Of a DNA stretch of 64,000 bases, positions 18,834 to 27,929 are shown piece by piece; the stretch's first letter is position 1, and every line of letters starts with the position of its first letter. The notes under the pieces are model-generated. The model worked only from the letters and a program-made list of their open reading frames with translations, ran no database searches and was not told the origin of the DNA. Location: positions 11,502-75,501 of the forward strand of contig JAIEUA010000016.1 in NCBI GenBank assembly GCA_019744815.1, written 5' to 3'. The DNA is from Phycisphaerales bacterium (GTDB lineage: Bacteria; Planctomycetota; Phycisphaerae; Phycisphaerales; UBA1924). The position numbers were made by a program, and so were the translations under genes.

Positions 18834-19910
18834 TTACGCAACCGCCCCCATGTACGCCGCCAAGATATCCCGCGCCGCCGCGAGATCCTTTCGATCAACC
18901 ATTTCGGTCACTGTGTGGATGTACCGCGTTCCCACCGTGATGCCGACGGCCCGGGCGCCCGCTGCGGCCTGCTGGGCCGCCGCGCCGTCTTGGCCGCCCG
19001 CGGCCAGGATTGAGCGCTGGTACGGGATCTTGTTTTTGATCGCCAGCTTCTCGATCTCGTTCACGAGCTGGTGATCGGAGATGAACGAGCTGTCTTTGAT
19101 GTGCAGCGCGAAGCCCTGGCCGTGGCGGGTCACGGCTTCCTCGGGCGGCACGCCCGGGGTGTCGCACGCCAGCGTCACGTCGATGCCCAAGCCGATGTCC
19201 GGCTCGACCGCGTGGCTGGCGGTCTTGGCGCCGCGGAGGCCGACTTCTTCCTGCACGGTGAACGCGACGACGACCTCGCAAGCGTGGCCGTTCTTGTTCT
19301 TGTCGAGCTGGCGCACGCTCTCGATGCCGAGCCAGCAGGCGACGCGGTTGTCCATCGCCTTGCTGACGAGCTTGTCGCCGACCTCGATCAGCGGCTCGTC
19401 CATGACCACGTAGTCGCCGATCTTGACCTTCTTCTTCACCTTGTCGCCGGGGAGGCCCATGTCGACGAAGAATTCCTTCACCTCGGGGACCTTTTCGCGG
19501 TCCTTGGCGCTGGCGATGTGCACGGGACGGCCGCCGGGGTTCATGACGGCCTTGAAGTCGCCGCTGTCGGTCACGACGAGCACGCGGCGGCTGAAGAGGT
19601 TGCGGGTGTCAAACCCGCCGGCGTTGTTGAGCCAGAGGTAGCCCTTGTCGTCGATGTAGGTGACGTAGAACCCGATCTCGTCCATGTGGCAGAGCTGCAT
19701 GACGCGGGTGGGGCGGGATTGCGAGCCCTTCTTCTTGCCGCCGGCGGCCTTGCCGCGGGGGTGACGGGTGCAGATGAGCGAGCCCATCGCGTCGGTGCGG
19801 ACCTCGTCGAAGAGGCCTTCGACTTCTTTTTCGATCAACGCCCGAACCCGCTCCTCGCGGCCGGGGACGCCAGGGGTTTCGCAGAGACGCTTGAGAAGGT
19901 CGGTGTTCAT
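18834..19910 (-). CDS. M42 family metallopeptidase (glutamyl aminopeptidase/FrvX-like)
   Basis: MNTDLLKRLCETPGVPGREERVRALIEKEV, CHMDEIGF, DNRVACW, VQEEVGLRGA and GTRYIHT are characteristic of M42 peptidases. Confidence 0.85.
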   Translation of the reverse strand: MNTDLLKRLCETPGVPGREERVRALIEKEVEGLFDEVRTDAMGSLICTRHPRGKAAGGKKKGSQSRPTRVMQLCHMDEIGFYVTYIDDKGYLWLNNAGGFDTRNLFSRRVLVVTDSGDFKAVMNPGGRPVHIASAKDREKVPEVKEFFVDMGLPGDKVKKKVKIGDYVVMDEPLIEVGDKLVSKAMDNRVACWLGIESVRQLDKNKNGHACEVVVAFTVQEEVGLRGAKTASHAVEPDIGLGIDVTLACDTPGVPPEEAVTRHGQGFALHIKDSSFISDHQLVNEIEKLAIKNKIPYQRSILAAGGQDGAAAQQAAAGARAVGITVGTRYIHTVTEMVDRKDLAAARDILAAYMGAVA

Positions 19911-20121
19911 AGCGAGTGGGAAGGGGTGAGGGGTAAGTCAGACGGGGACGGCGGCATTGCCTGCCACGCGGCAAGAATGCACGGCAGAGCATACCGCGCC
20001 GCCCGAGATCGGTTGAAGGCCACGTATCGTCCCTCCAGCCTCCTACTGGCACTTTCCTCTCCTACTGCTGCTTTCGCTCACCCCTCACCACTCACCAGTT
20101 ACCACTCAACCCGTCCCACTC

Positions 20122-21432
20122 ATGTCTCACCCCAGCCCCATCAACCCCCTCCACGAGCAAGCCCAGGCGATGGTCCTTGCGTACGGGCCGGACGCCGCCG
20201 CGTCCACCGCTGACGCCCCCACAACCGGGTTGACGCCGTCCGCTCCCATCGCGGTCGTGGGTACTTACGGCGAGCTCGAGCTCGAGTACGCCGCGCTTCG
20301 CAAGGGCTGTCTGCTGCTCGATCTCCCCCACCGCTCGGTGCTCGAAGTCACGGGTTCTGAACGCCTCGAGTTTCTGAATCGGATGGTCACGCAGGAGCTC
20401 AAGCCCGGCAAGCAATGGCTGCCGCCGGGGCGGAGCGTGAACAGCTTCTGGCTCAATCGCAAGGGGCGTATCGACGCCGATTTGCGAGTGATCGTGCTCG
20501 AAGGCCGCGTGCTGCTCGAGTGCGACGCCCACGCCGCCGAGCGCACGCTGAAAGGACTGGGCTCGTTCATCATCAGCGAGGACGCCGCGATCAAGGATCT
20601 CTCGCAGTCCATGCACCGGCTCGCGCTCCACGGCCCGACCGCCGCGGTGCTGCTCGATGCCGTGCGCGATGCTTCCGGCACGACCTCCCCCACTGCTGCC
20701 GTCGCGTCGCTCGCTGACCACCACAGCACCAGCATCGCGATCGCCGGAGCCGATGTGCTCGTGGATCGCCGCGATCAAGCCGGCGTGCCGGGGTTCGATC
20801 TTCTCGTTCCCGCCGCGTACGCGGTCAAGGTTTATGAGCTCCTGCTCACTCGCGGCTTCAGCCACGAGCACCCGCACGATCGCCTCGCCTCGCAGGAGCT
20901 CTCGGCCAAGGTCCGCCTCCGCCCCGGCGGGTGGCACGCCTTCAACATCGCCCGCATCGAGGCGGGATCGCCGTTCTACTACGTGGACTTTGGGCCCGAC
21001 TCGCTCCCCGCCGAGAGCGGCGTGCTCGACGACCGCGTGTCGTTTACAAAAGGCTGCTACCTCGGCCAGGAAGTCGTGGCCCGCATGCACTCCCGCGGCC
21101 ACTCCAAGCGTCAGCTCGTCGCGCTCAAGAGCGAGCCCGCGAAGTTCGACGTCACGCCAGAGTCCATCGCGGCGGGCGAGAGCCCGATGCACTCGATCGC
21201 ACAGCCTATCGGTGGCTCGCCCGTCTTCCTGCCCGGTGCCGATGGCCAACCCGGGCCGGGTGCCGAGCCGGTCGGAACGGTGACCAGTTCCACCATCGCG
21301 CCGATGCTCGGGGCTGCGGTGGTTTGCTTTGCGTCGATCAAGCACGACGCGATTGGGCAGAACGCGTTTCTCGTCCCTGCGGAGGGCCAGATGGTGCCGA
21401 TGAGCAAGAACCCGACGCTGCGCACGGTGTGA
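20122..21432 (+). CDS. Folate-binding YgfZ/GcvT-family protein
   Basis: GcvT-like fold segments and the YgfZ-type signature FTKGCYLGQEVVARMHSRG. Longer (436 aa) than typical YgfZ. Confidence 0.7.
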   Translation: MSHPSPINPLHEQAQAMVLAYGPDAAASTADAPTTGLTPSAPIAVVGTYGELELEYAALRKGCLLLDLPHRSVLEVTGSERLEFLNRMVTQELKPGKQWLPPGRSVNSFWLNRKGRIDADLRVIVLEGRVLLECDAHAAERTLKGLGSFIISEDAAIKDLSQSMHRLALHGPTAAVLLDAVRDASGTTSPTAAVASLADHHSTSIAIAGADVLVDRRDQAGVPGFDLLVPAAYAVKVYELLLTRGFSHEHPHDRLASQELSAKVRLRPGGWHAFNIARIEAGSPFYYVDFGPDSLPAESGVLDDRVSFTKGCYLGQEVVARMHSRGHSKRQLVALKSEPAKFDVTPESIAAGESPMHSIAQPIGGSPVFLPGADGQPGPGAEPVGTVTSSTIAPMLGAAVVCFASIKHDAIGQNAFLVPAEGQMVPMSKNPTLRTV

Positions 21433-21543
21433 TCACGGTGGCTCGTCTTGCGAACCCTTCTGCGCAGGCGGCGGGTGACTCGGGCTTTGGGACCTCAGTG
21501 CCAAGTCCGCAACGGCGACCCTCCGCTTGCGCGGGAGGGTTCG

Positions 21544-22689
21544 TTAGGGGCGTCTGCGGTACACCACTTCGAGATCGTTCTCGATCTGCTTGGCTCGGAG
21601 CAGTTCGTAGCGCTGGGCCATGGACAGCGTGGGCGCGATCCGGCCCGCCGCCGCGGCCCGCGCCATCTCGTCGCCCAGCATCATCGGCGCGACGTAGACG
21701 ACGAGCTCGTCCACCAGGTCGGCGTCGAGCATCGACCCCAGCAGCCCGGGGCCGGATTCGATCAATACCGACGACACGCCGTGCTCGCTTGCCAGTCGAC
21801 GAAGCAATGCCGCCAGATCGAGACGCTCTCCGACCGTCGGCACGCCCATCACGATCGCGCCCGCAGCCGCGAGCCTGTCGCGCTTGGCGCGGGTGATCTC
21901 ACCCGTTGCCAGCTCTGCCGAGCACGCGATGACGGTCCGCAGGCTCTGAGCCGTCGTCACTAGCTTGGACGATTCGGGGATGTCCAGGTCGGTGTCCGCG
22001 ACCACCCGGATCGCGCTGCGCCGCACACGGCGCACGTCGCGAGCTGTGAGCATTGGGTCATCGGCGAGAACCGTTCCCATGCCCGTCAGCACGGCATCCA
22101 CGCGAGCTCGCAATCGATGCACCCGCTTGCGCGAGCGATCGCCGCTGATCCATTTGCTCTCGCCGTTGCGGGTCGCGACTCGCCCGTCGATCGTCTGCGC
22201 CCACTTGGCGATCACCCACGGCAGGCCCGTCTTCACCCGCTTCACGAACGGGTCCGACAGCGCGATCGCGGCGCGACTTGCGCCGCTGACGCGGCATCGA
22301 ATCCCGGCCTTTTCCAGGGCTTCGAAGCCGCCTGCCGCCAGCGGGTTCGGGTCTCGCCGAGCGGCGACCACTTCTATCACGCCTGCCTCGATCAGCCCAC
22401 GCGTGCAGGGCGGCTGCTTCCCGGTGTGATTGCATGGCTCGAGCGTTGCGTACACCGTCGATCCACACGGATCGTGACCGCGACGCACGCAGTCCGCGAG
22501 TGCCGCCCGCTCGGCGTGTGCGTCACCGAATCGCCGATGATGCCCGATCCCGATGACTTCGGGCGTCGATCCCCCCCACCGCACAACCACCGCGCCCACC
22601 AGCGGGTTGGGCTCCACATTGCCGACCGAGCGCATCGCCACCCGAGAGGCGAGGTCGAGCAGGCGGCGATCAAACGCGGGATCGGACAT
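21544..22689 (-). CDS. ribD: Bifunctional riboflavin biosynthesis deaminase/reductase
   Basis: Deaminase motifs HAERAALADC and LEPCNHTGKQPPC, followed by the reductase domain (KWAQTIDGRVA...). Start set at the internal ATG (MSDPAFD); the upstream 44 codons look non-coding. Confidence 0.9.
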   Translation of the reverse strand: MSDPAFDRRLLDLASRVAMRSVGNVEPNPLVGAVVVRWGGSTPEVIGIGHHRRFGDAHAERAALADCVRRGHDPCGSTVYATLEPCNHTGKQPPCTRGLIEAGVIEVVAARRDPNPLAAGGFEALEKAGIRCRVSGASRAAIALSDPFVKRVKTGLPWVIAKWAQTIDGRVATRNGESKWISGDRSRKRVHRLRARVDAVLTGMGTVLADDPMLTARDVRRVRRSAIRVVADTDLDIPESSKLVTTAQSLRTVIACSAELATGEITRAKRDRLAAAGAIVMGVPTVGERLDLAALLRRLASEHGVSSVLIESGPGLLGSMLDADLVDELVVYVAPMMLGDEMARAAAAGRIAPTLSMAQRYELLRAKQIENDLEVVYRRRP

Positions 22690-22863
22690 GGTGGGATTGT
22701 TGGTCGCGCCGTCGAGTCGTTTCAGCTCACCGGAGCATCGTGGCCTCGGCATGGCGGGGGGCCTCATGGAAAGTGAGCTGAGATGTCGAGGGTCGGATCT
22801 GATTCCAACGCGTTTGCGCACGGGGCGAGGACGCCCCGGCTCGCTTTCCGGGCACCGCGAGGA

Positions 22864-23868
22864 TTACGCTTTCCGGATCATCGCTTCGCGATCCTGGCGT
22901 GTGAGCACTTTTCCGGCGTCACCGAGCCACCGCCGCGCGTCGAGGCGGTACCCCGCCGTCGGCTTCAGCTCCGGCATTTTGCCCTGCCAGAACAGGTTGA
23001 ACCGGTGCATGGCCATCTCTCGCACGATCTTGGCGATCATCGACGCGAGCGCGACGGGTAAGTGGGCGTCTTCTGCTTCGGGCTGGAAGCTGATCCGGAG
23101 CACCCCGCTGGGCAGCAGCTCCGGCCGAGGCGGAGTCAGGTCGTATCGCGACCTTTTGGCACCCTGCTCCACAATGCGGCAGTGCCACCCCGGCAGCAGT
23201 TGTTGCAGCACCGGCGCGTACGAATCTCGTCCACCGAGCTTGTCGCAGACGATGCGGATCGCGGCGTCGGGGTTCTCCTGCGCGAGCGTCAGGGCCAATG
23301 TCAGGTGGTCCGCCAACGCCGCGATGCTCACGTCCGCCTTGTTCCCCGTGCGGTCGATGATCGCGTTGAACTCCCGCTCCGCAACCACGCGGCAGCGCAT
23401 CGCCAAGAGCGATACCCCCGCGTCCTCCATCGCACCGCTCACCAGATTCGCTGCGATCGCGTGCAGGGAGGCGTTCGCCGACAGGGGCAGTCCAACCGGG
23501 TTGGCTTCTTGATACCAGGGCTGCCCGTCCAGCTCCGCGTGCAGCAACTCGTAGAGGATCTCGTCGGAATCGAGCGCCACCTCTGCTAGGCGTGCCGCGA
23601 AGGCCAGCACGCCGCGCTCAAGGTGCGTCAGCGGATGCCGCTTCGCCGACGAGTTCGCGAGTTTGAGCGCCTTGGAGTCCGCGACCGCGACGCGCCCGGC
23701 GGCGTCCCGAGGCTCCTTGCACACGCCGCGCGAGAGGAGCTTCCACAGATCCGGCCGCGGCTCGCCCTCGGCCCACTCTTCCACGCGAAACGCGCTGAGG
23801 CCGACGCACAAGGGCCCGAGCAACGGCCCGAGCCCGGCTTCGTCGATTCCTACAACAACCAGCGGCAT
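22864..23868 (-). CDS. Ribonuclease HII-family protein with extended C-terminal region
   Basis: VVGIDEAGLGPLLGPL, ADSKALK and ASMIAKIVRE resemble the RNase HII catalytic motifs. 334 aa, versus about 200 aa for canonical RnhB. Confidence 0.6.
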   Translation of the reverse strand: MPLVVVGIDEAGLGPLLGPLCVGLSAFRVEEWAEGEPRPDLWKLLSRGVCKEPRDAAGRVAVADSKALKLANSSAKRHPLTHLERGVLAFAARLAEVALDSDEILYELLHAELDGQPWYQEANPVGLPLSANASLHAIAANLVSGAMEDAGVSLLAMRCRVVAEREFNAIIDRTGNKADVSIAALADHLTLALTLAQENPDAAIRIVCDKLGGRDSYAPVLQQLLPGWHCRIVEQGAKRSRYDLTPPRPELLPSGVLRISFQPEAEDAHLPVALASMIAKIVREMAMHRFNLFWQGKMPELKPTAGYRLDARRWLGDAGKVLTRQDREAMIRKA

Positions 23869-24014
23869 GCGGGCATGATACCCAACAGGCGAATTCCCGT
23901 GAGGCCTCCGCGTAGAGCCTCTCGCGTAAACGAGAGATCGCGAGACGCTGCGTTGACGACACACGCCACCGACCTCGCCCTGACGGGCGAGGCTCTATCG
24001 GAATTGCGTCCCCC

Positions 24015-24050
24015 AAAAACCGACAAGGCCCGGAAGACCGGGCCTCGTCG
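24015..24050 (-). terminator. Rho-independent terminator after tRNA-Leu
   Basis: CGACAAGGCCCGG-AAGA-CCGGGCCTCGTCG hairpin, followed on the minus strand by TTTTT. Confidence 0.55.
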
Positions 24051-24054
24051 AAAG

Positions 24055-24138
24055 TGCGGCTGAGAGGAGTCGAACCTCCACGGGTGTGACCCCACTAGAA
24101 CCTGAATCTAGCGCGTCTGCCAATTCCGCCACAGCCGC
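24055..24138 (-). tRNA. tRNA-Leu (anticodon CAG)
   Basis: Acceptor GCGGCTG/CAGCCGC, anticodon arm CTAGA-TTCAGGT-TCTAG, long variable arm, T arm GGAGG-TTCGACT-CCTCT. Confidence 0.9.
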
Positions 24139-24189
24139 AGCGGGTCGAAAGGATATGCGTCATCTCTGCCGCGGACAAACCCGCGGAGC

Positions 24190-24268
24190 CTTGACGAGCC
24201 CCGAGCGTGAGCGAGTGGGTCGGCCGTCCGACCAAAGCACCCGTCGCTTACGCTCCGGGCTCGTCAAG
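24190..24268. other. 79-nt near-perfect extended hairpin (about 30 bp paired)
   Basis: Arm pairs CTTGACGAGCCC/GGGCTCGTCAAG (12/12), GAGCGTGAGCGA/TCGCTTACGCTC (11/12 plus one G-T) and GGTCGG/CCGACC around loop CCGT. Lies between the gcvT stop and tRNA-Leu. Confidence 0.6.
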
Positions 24269-24286
24269 TCAGCTGGCTCGAGCTGT

Positions 24287-25420
24287 TCACCCCGCCTTGG
24301 TCGGCGAGTAGAACGGCATCTTCACGACCTTGCCCTCGAACAGCGCGCCCTCACGGCCCGTGTCCACCTGGACCGGCGTTCCCAGCGCCGTCATGCCGGC
24401 GTCGACGAACGCCATCGCGATCGGGTAGCCCAGCGTCGGGCTGACGCAGCCGCTGGAGACGGTGCCGATGGGCTTGCCACCCGACAGAACCGTCATCCCC
24501 TGGCGTGCCGCACGCTTGCCTTCGAGCTGCAGGCCCACGAGCTTCTTCTGGATGCCCGCCTTCTGGGCGGCTTCGAGCGCGTCCTGGCCGACGAAGCGCT
24601 CGCCGCGGTCCTGCGTGTGCTTGTCCATGGAGATCGCGAAGTCCACGCCGCAGGAGAGAGCGTTGATCTCTTCGCCGAGTTCGTGGCCGTAGAGCGGCAT
24701 GCCCGCCTCGATCCGCAGCGTGTCGCGAGCGCCCAAGCCGGCGGGCTTGATGACCGCGTCGGGGGAGTCCATGTCGATGTCCTTGAGGATGAGCTTCATC
24801 GCCATGCCGAGCATGCCGGCGGGGAGGATGGCTTCGACGCCGTCCTCGCCGGTGTAGCCGGTGCGGCTGACGATCACCTTCATGATCATCAGGTTCTTCA
24901 CCGCGAAGCGGTAGCGCTTGAGATTCGGGATCTCGCTGCTGAACTTGCGGATCATGTCGATGACCTTGGGGCCCTGCAGCGCCACCATCGCGGTGCTGAG
25001 GGTCTGGTCCTCGATCTTGAGCTGCATCTCGCCGGCGGTCTTCACCTTTTCGAAGTGCGGCAGGAGCTTCTCGCGGTTGCTGGCGTTGACCACGAGCAGG
25101 AAATCGTCCTCGTCCATGCGGTAGACGATGATGTCGTCGTGCACGCCGCCGTGGTCGTTGCAGACCAAGCTGTAGCGGCACTGACCGGGTTGCATGTCGC
25201 TGATGCGGCGGGTGCAGAGACGCTCGAGGAACCGGCGCGCGTGCCGGCCCTGGACCTTGACGCGACCCATGTGCGAGACATCGAAGAGGCCGCCGTTCTT
25301 TCGGACCTGGTGGTGCTCTTCGAGGATGCCGGTGTAGAACATGGGCATGTCCCAACCGGCGAAGTCGACCATCTTGGCTTTGCGATCAAGGTGAAAGGCG
25401 TGAAGAGGCGTCTTGTGCAC
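24287..25420 (-). CDS. gcvT: Glycine cleavage system aminomethyltransferase T
   Basis: HKTPLHAFHLDRKAKMVDFAGWDMPMFY, FDVSHMG, SRTGYTGEDG and AGLGARDTLRIEAGMPLYGHE. GTG start with GGAG 8 nt upstream. Confidence 0.9.
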   Translation of the reverse strand: MHKTPLHAFHLDRKAKMVDFAGWDMPMFYTGILEEHHQVRKNGGLFDVSHMGRVKVQGRHARRFLERLCTRRISDMQPGQCRYSLVCNDHGGVHDDIIVYRMDEDDFLLVVNASNREKLLPHFEKVKTAGEMQLKIEDQTLSTAMVALQGPKVIDMIRKFSSEIPNLKRYRFAVKNLMIMKVIVSRTGYTGEDGVEAILPAGMLGMAMKLILKDIDMDSPDAVIKPAGLGARDTLRIEAGMPLYGHELGEEINALSCGVDFAISMDKHTQDRGERFVGQDALEAAQKAGIQKKLVGLQLEGKRAARQGMTVLSGGKPIGTVSSGCVSPTLGYPIAMAFVDAGMTALGTPVQVDTGREGALFEGKVVKMPFYSPTKAG

Positions 25421-25478
25421 GAACGGGCTCCGGGTCTGGTGGACGGGTCGGGTGGTGTGATGACCGTCGTGTCCAAGC

Positions 25479-26303
25479 CTACGCGAGGTCGGGCCAGGCG
25501 GCGTTGTCGATGAGGCGGACGCTGCCGAGCTTGGCGGCGATGAGGGCGCGGCGGGGGCGGCCGGAGATCGGGGCTTCGAGGTACTGCGCGTCCCGGACGA
25601 CGGCGTACTGGACTTCGAGGCCGGCGGCTTGGATCACGTCGCGCATGTGGGCTTCGGCGGCGGCGGGCGTGGGCTTACTCGCGGCCTCGCGGAGGGCGCG
25701 GGAGATGGACGCGGCCCGGGGACGCTCGTCGGCGGTGAGGAAACGGTTGCGGCTGGACATCGCCAGGCCGTCGGGCTCGCGGATCGTCGGGCCGGGGATG
25801 ATGCGGATGGGCAGGCCGGTCTCACGGGTCATGGCGGAAAGGACTTGGAGCTGCTGCCAATCCTTCTCGCCGAAGAGGGCGGCGGCGGGCTGCACGAGAT
25901 CGAAAAGACGGCGGACGACCTGGCAGACGCCTGCAAAGTGGCCGGGGCGGAGCTTGTCCTCGAGGCCGGGCGCGGTGGCGACGCGGGGGAGCGGTGGCAC
26001 GGGGATGGGCGCGTCCGCGGGGTAGACGTCCTGCGGCGTGGGGGCGTAGACGTGTGTCGCGCCGCTGCGGCGGCAGATGTCGAGATCGGCGTCCAGGGTT
26101 TTGGGGTAGCGGGCGAAGTCGGCGGGGTCGTTGAACTGGGTGGGGTTCACGAAGATGCTGACGACAACCGGGCCCTGGTGGACGGCGGCGGCGTGACGGA
26201 TCAGGCTGGCGTGGCCTTCGTGCAGGGCACCCATCGTGGGAACGAAGACGGCGCCGGTGGAGAGCGTGGCGCGGAGTTCGGCGTGGGAGGTCGCGAGGTG
26301 CAC
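25479..26303 (-). CDS. panC: Pantoate--beta-alanine ligase
   Basis: VPTMGALHEGHASLI, FVNPTQF, GHFAGV, FGEKDWQQ and SSRN motifs. GTG start at 26303 chosen; the 492-aa ORF-track extension runs through three terminators and is P/S/A-rich. Confidence 0.85.
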   Translation of the reverse strand: MHLATSHAELRATLSTGAVFVPTMGALHEGHASLIRHAAAVHQGPVVVSIFVNPTQFNDPADFARYPKTLDADLDICRRSGATHVYAPTPQDVYPADAPIPVPPLPRVATAPGLEDKLRPGHFAGVCQVVRRLFDLVQPAAALFGEKDWQQLQVLSAMTRETGLPIRIIPGPTIREPDGLAMSSRNRFLTADERPRAASISRALREAASKPTPAAAEAHMRDVIQAAGLEVQYAVVRDAQYLEAPISGRPRRALIAAKLGSVRLIDNAAWPDLA

Positions 26304-26395
26304 GGGGGAGTTCCGGGTGCGTGAGCGACAGAGTAGGCGGCGCGTGGGTGAGGGCGGTGATGGGATGGCGGCGCGGGCGTGGTTGATCACCAATG

Positions 26396-26513
26396 AAAAA
26401 CCGTCGGGGATGCCCGACGGTTTGGTGGTGTCATGGAGAGTTTGAGAAAAAGAAGACCGGCCGGAGGCCGGTCCCACTGAGCGGTGAAGACCGGCTGGAA
26501 GCCGGTCCCACTG
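26396..26513 (-). terminator. Three tandem terminator hairpins after the TPR lipoprotein gene
   Basis: Read on the + strand: GACCGGCTGGAAGCCGGTCCCACT (26489-26512), GACCGGCCGGAGGCCGGTCCCACT (26455-26478) and CCGTCGGG-GATG-CCCGACGG (26401-26420). On the minus strand the 26455-26478 and 26401-26420 hairpins are each followed by a T-run; the 26489-26512 copy is followed by TTCACC, with no T-run. Confidence 0.6.
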
Positions 26514-26517
26514 ATGT

Positions 26518-27747
26518 TCAGTTCTCTTCGGTGACCGTTGCGACCGCGCCGTTCTGGGTCTGGGCGAGCAGGTTGGCGGCGAGGGTGTTGGTGGGTTCGA
26601 GCTCGATGGCTTTGGCGAAGCTGGTGCGGGCTTCGGTGCCGCGGCCGAGCTGGCGCTCGATGAGGCCGAGCAGGACGTAGTTCTCGGCGTTGGGAGCGAT
26701 GGCTGCGGCGCGGACGGCGTTCTCATGGGCCTGGTCGAGCGAGCCGAGGCGGCGGAGGACCATGGCGCGGAGCTGGTAGCCCTCGGGGCGTTCGGGAGCG
26801 ATCGCGACGAGTCGAGCCGCGGCGGTGCGAGCGCGGTTGTAGTCCTTGAGCTTGAAGGAGACCTTGCCGAGCTCGATCCACGACTCGGCGTCGGCGGAGC
26901 CGCCCTCGCTGGTGGTGAGCTTGATGAGCAGGTCGCGGGCCTCGATGGCGCGTTCAACCTGCACGAGGCAGCGGGCCCGCATGAGCTGCAGGTCGCGGCG
27001 ATCGGAGTAGTCCTTGTTCTTGAGCAGGCGCGAGATGGCGAGCTCGGCGTCGGCGAACTTGTTGAGCGCGATCTGAGACGCGATCAGATTGGAATGGATC
27101 GCCGGATCGTCGGGGGCGGCGAGGCGGGCTTCTTCGAAGAAGGTCAGTGCCGCCTCGTGGTTGCCCCGGAGCGAGGCGATGTGGCCGCGGGTCTGGTTGA
27201 CGGCGGCGTTGTGGGCGAACTGGGTCTGCTTGGAGTTCAGCTCCGCCTCGGCCTCGTCGAGCTTGCCCTGATCGATCAGGACCTCCGCGGCCGCGACGAT
27301 GTACTGCGGGTTGGAGGGTTCGAGCTCGGCGGCGCGGCGGTAGTTGGTGATCGCGACTTGGGGCTGGCGGAGACGCTCGTTGACGACACCGGCGTAGTAC
27401 GACGCCTCGACGTTTTCGGGTTCCAGAGCCTGAGCGCTCGAGAACCAGTTGAGCGAGCCGTCGAGGTCACCCTGCTCCATGAGGATGCGGCCCTTGAGGA
27501 CGTGGCTCTTGGCGACGTTGGGGTTGAGCGCGAGCGAGCGATCGATGGACTGCAGAGCCTTCTCGGGATCGCCGCCGAGGAGTTGCTGCTTGGCGGTCTG
27601 CCACTCCATGGCGGACTTCATCGCGGCCATTTTCTCCTTGGCGGCGGAGGTGGCCTGACGGGTGTAGTTGCCCTGGATACCGGAGCAACCGGTGATCGCG
27701 AGAGCGAGCGTGAACAGAGCGATGGGGGCGGCGTGACGGATCTGCAT
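26518..27747 (-). CDS. TPR-repeat lipoprotein (possible secretin pilotin, PilF/PilW-like)
   Basis: MQIRHAAPIALFTLALAITGCSG lipobox, then about 9 TPR units. GGAGG precedes the ATG at 27747. Immediately downstream of the secretin gene on the same strand. Confidence 0.7.
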   Translation of the reverse strand: MQIRHAAPIALFTLALAITGCSGIQGNYTRQATSAAKEKMAAMKSAMEWQTAKQQLLGGDPEKALQSIDRSLALNPNVAKSHVLKGRILMEQGDLDGSLNWFSSAQALEPENVEASYYAGVVNERLRQPQVAITNYRRAAELEPSNPQYIVAAAEVLIDQGKLDEAEAELNSKQTQFAHNAAVNQTRGHIASLRGNHEAALTFFEEARLAAPDDPAIHSNLIASQIALNKFADAELAISRLLKNKDYSDRRDLQLMRARCLVQVERAIEARDLLIKLTTSEGGSADAESWIELGKVSFKLKDYNRARTAAARLVAIAPERPEGYQLRAMVLRRLGSLDQAHENAVRAAAIAPNAENYVLLGLIERQLGRGTEARTSFAKAIELEPTNTLAANLLAQTQNGAVATVTEEN

Positions 27748-27875
27748 GGGTCCCTCCGAAGGGGCGCGGTGTGCGCCGGGCAGGCCCGGAAACCGGGCGT
27801 GTTCTCGGAAGTTGATCGACCCACGAGGGGCGGCACTTTGGCCGCGGTCTGGTGTTGACCGGGAAATCATGCGAA

Positions 27876-27904
27876 AGAAAAACCGCGCCGGTTGCGGCGC
27901 GGTT
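27876..27904 (-). terminator. Rho-independent terminator after the secretin gene
   Basis: AACCGCGCC-GGTTG-CGGCGCGGTT hairpin. On the minus strand it is followed by TTTTTCTTTCG. Confidence 0.55.
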
Positions 27905-27929
27905 GAGGGAGATTGGAATTGGATTGAAG

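Noticed and set aside
22690-22863. FMN riboswitch upstream of ribD, and glycine riboswitch upstream of gcvT (25421-25478)
   Set aside because: I could not find the conserved RFN or glycine-riboswitch core sequences by eye. The gcvT upstream spacer is only 58 nt. An Infernal scan would be needed to exclude them formally.
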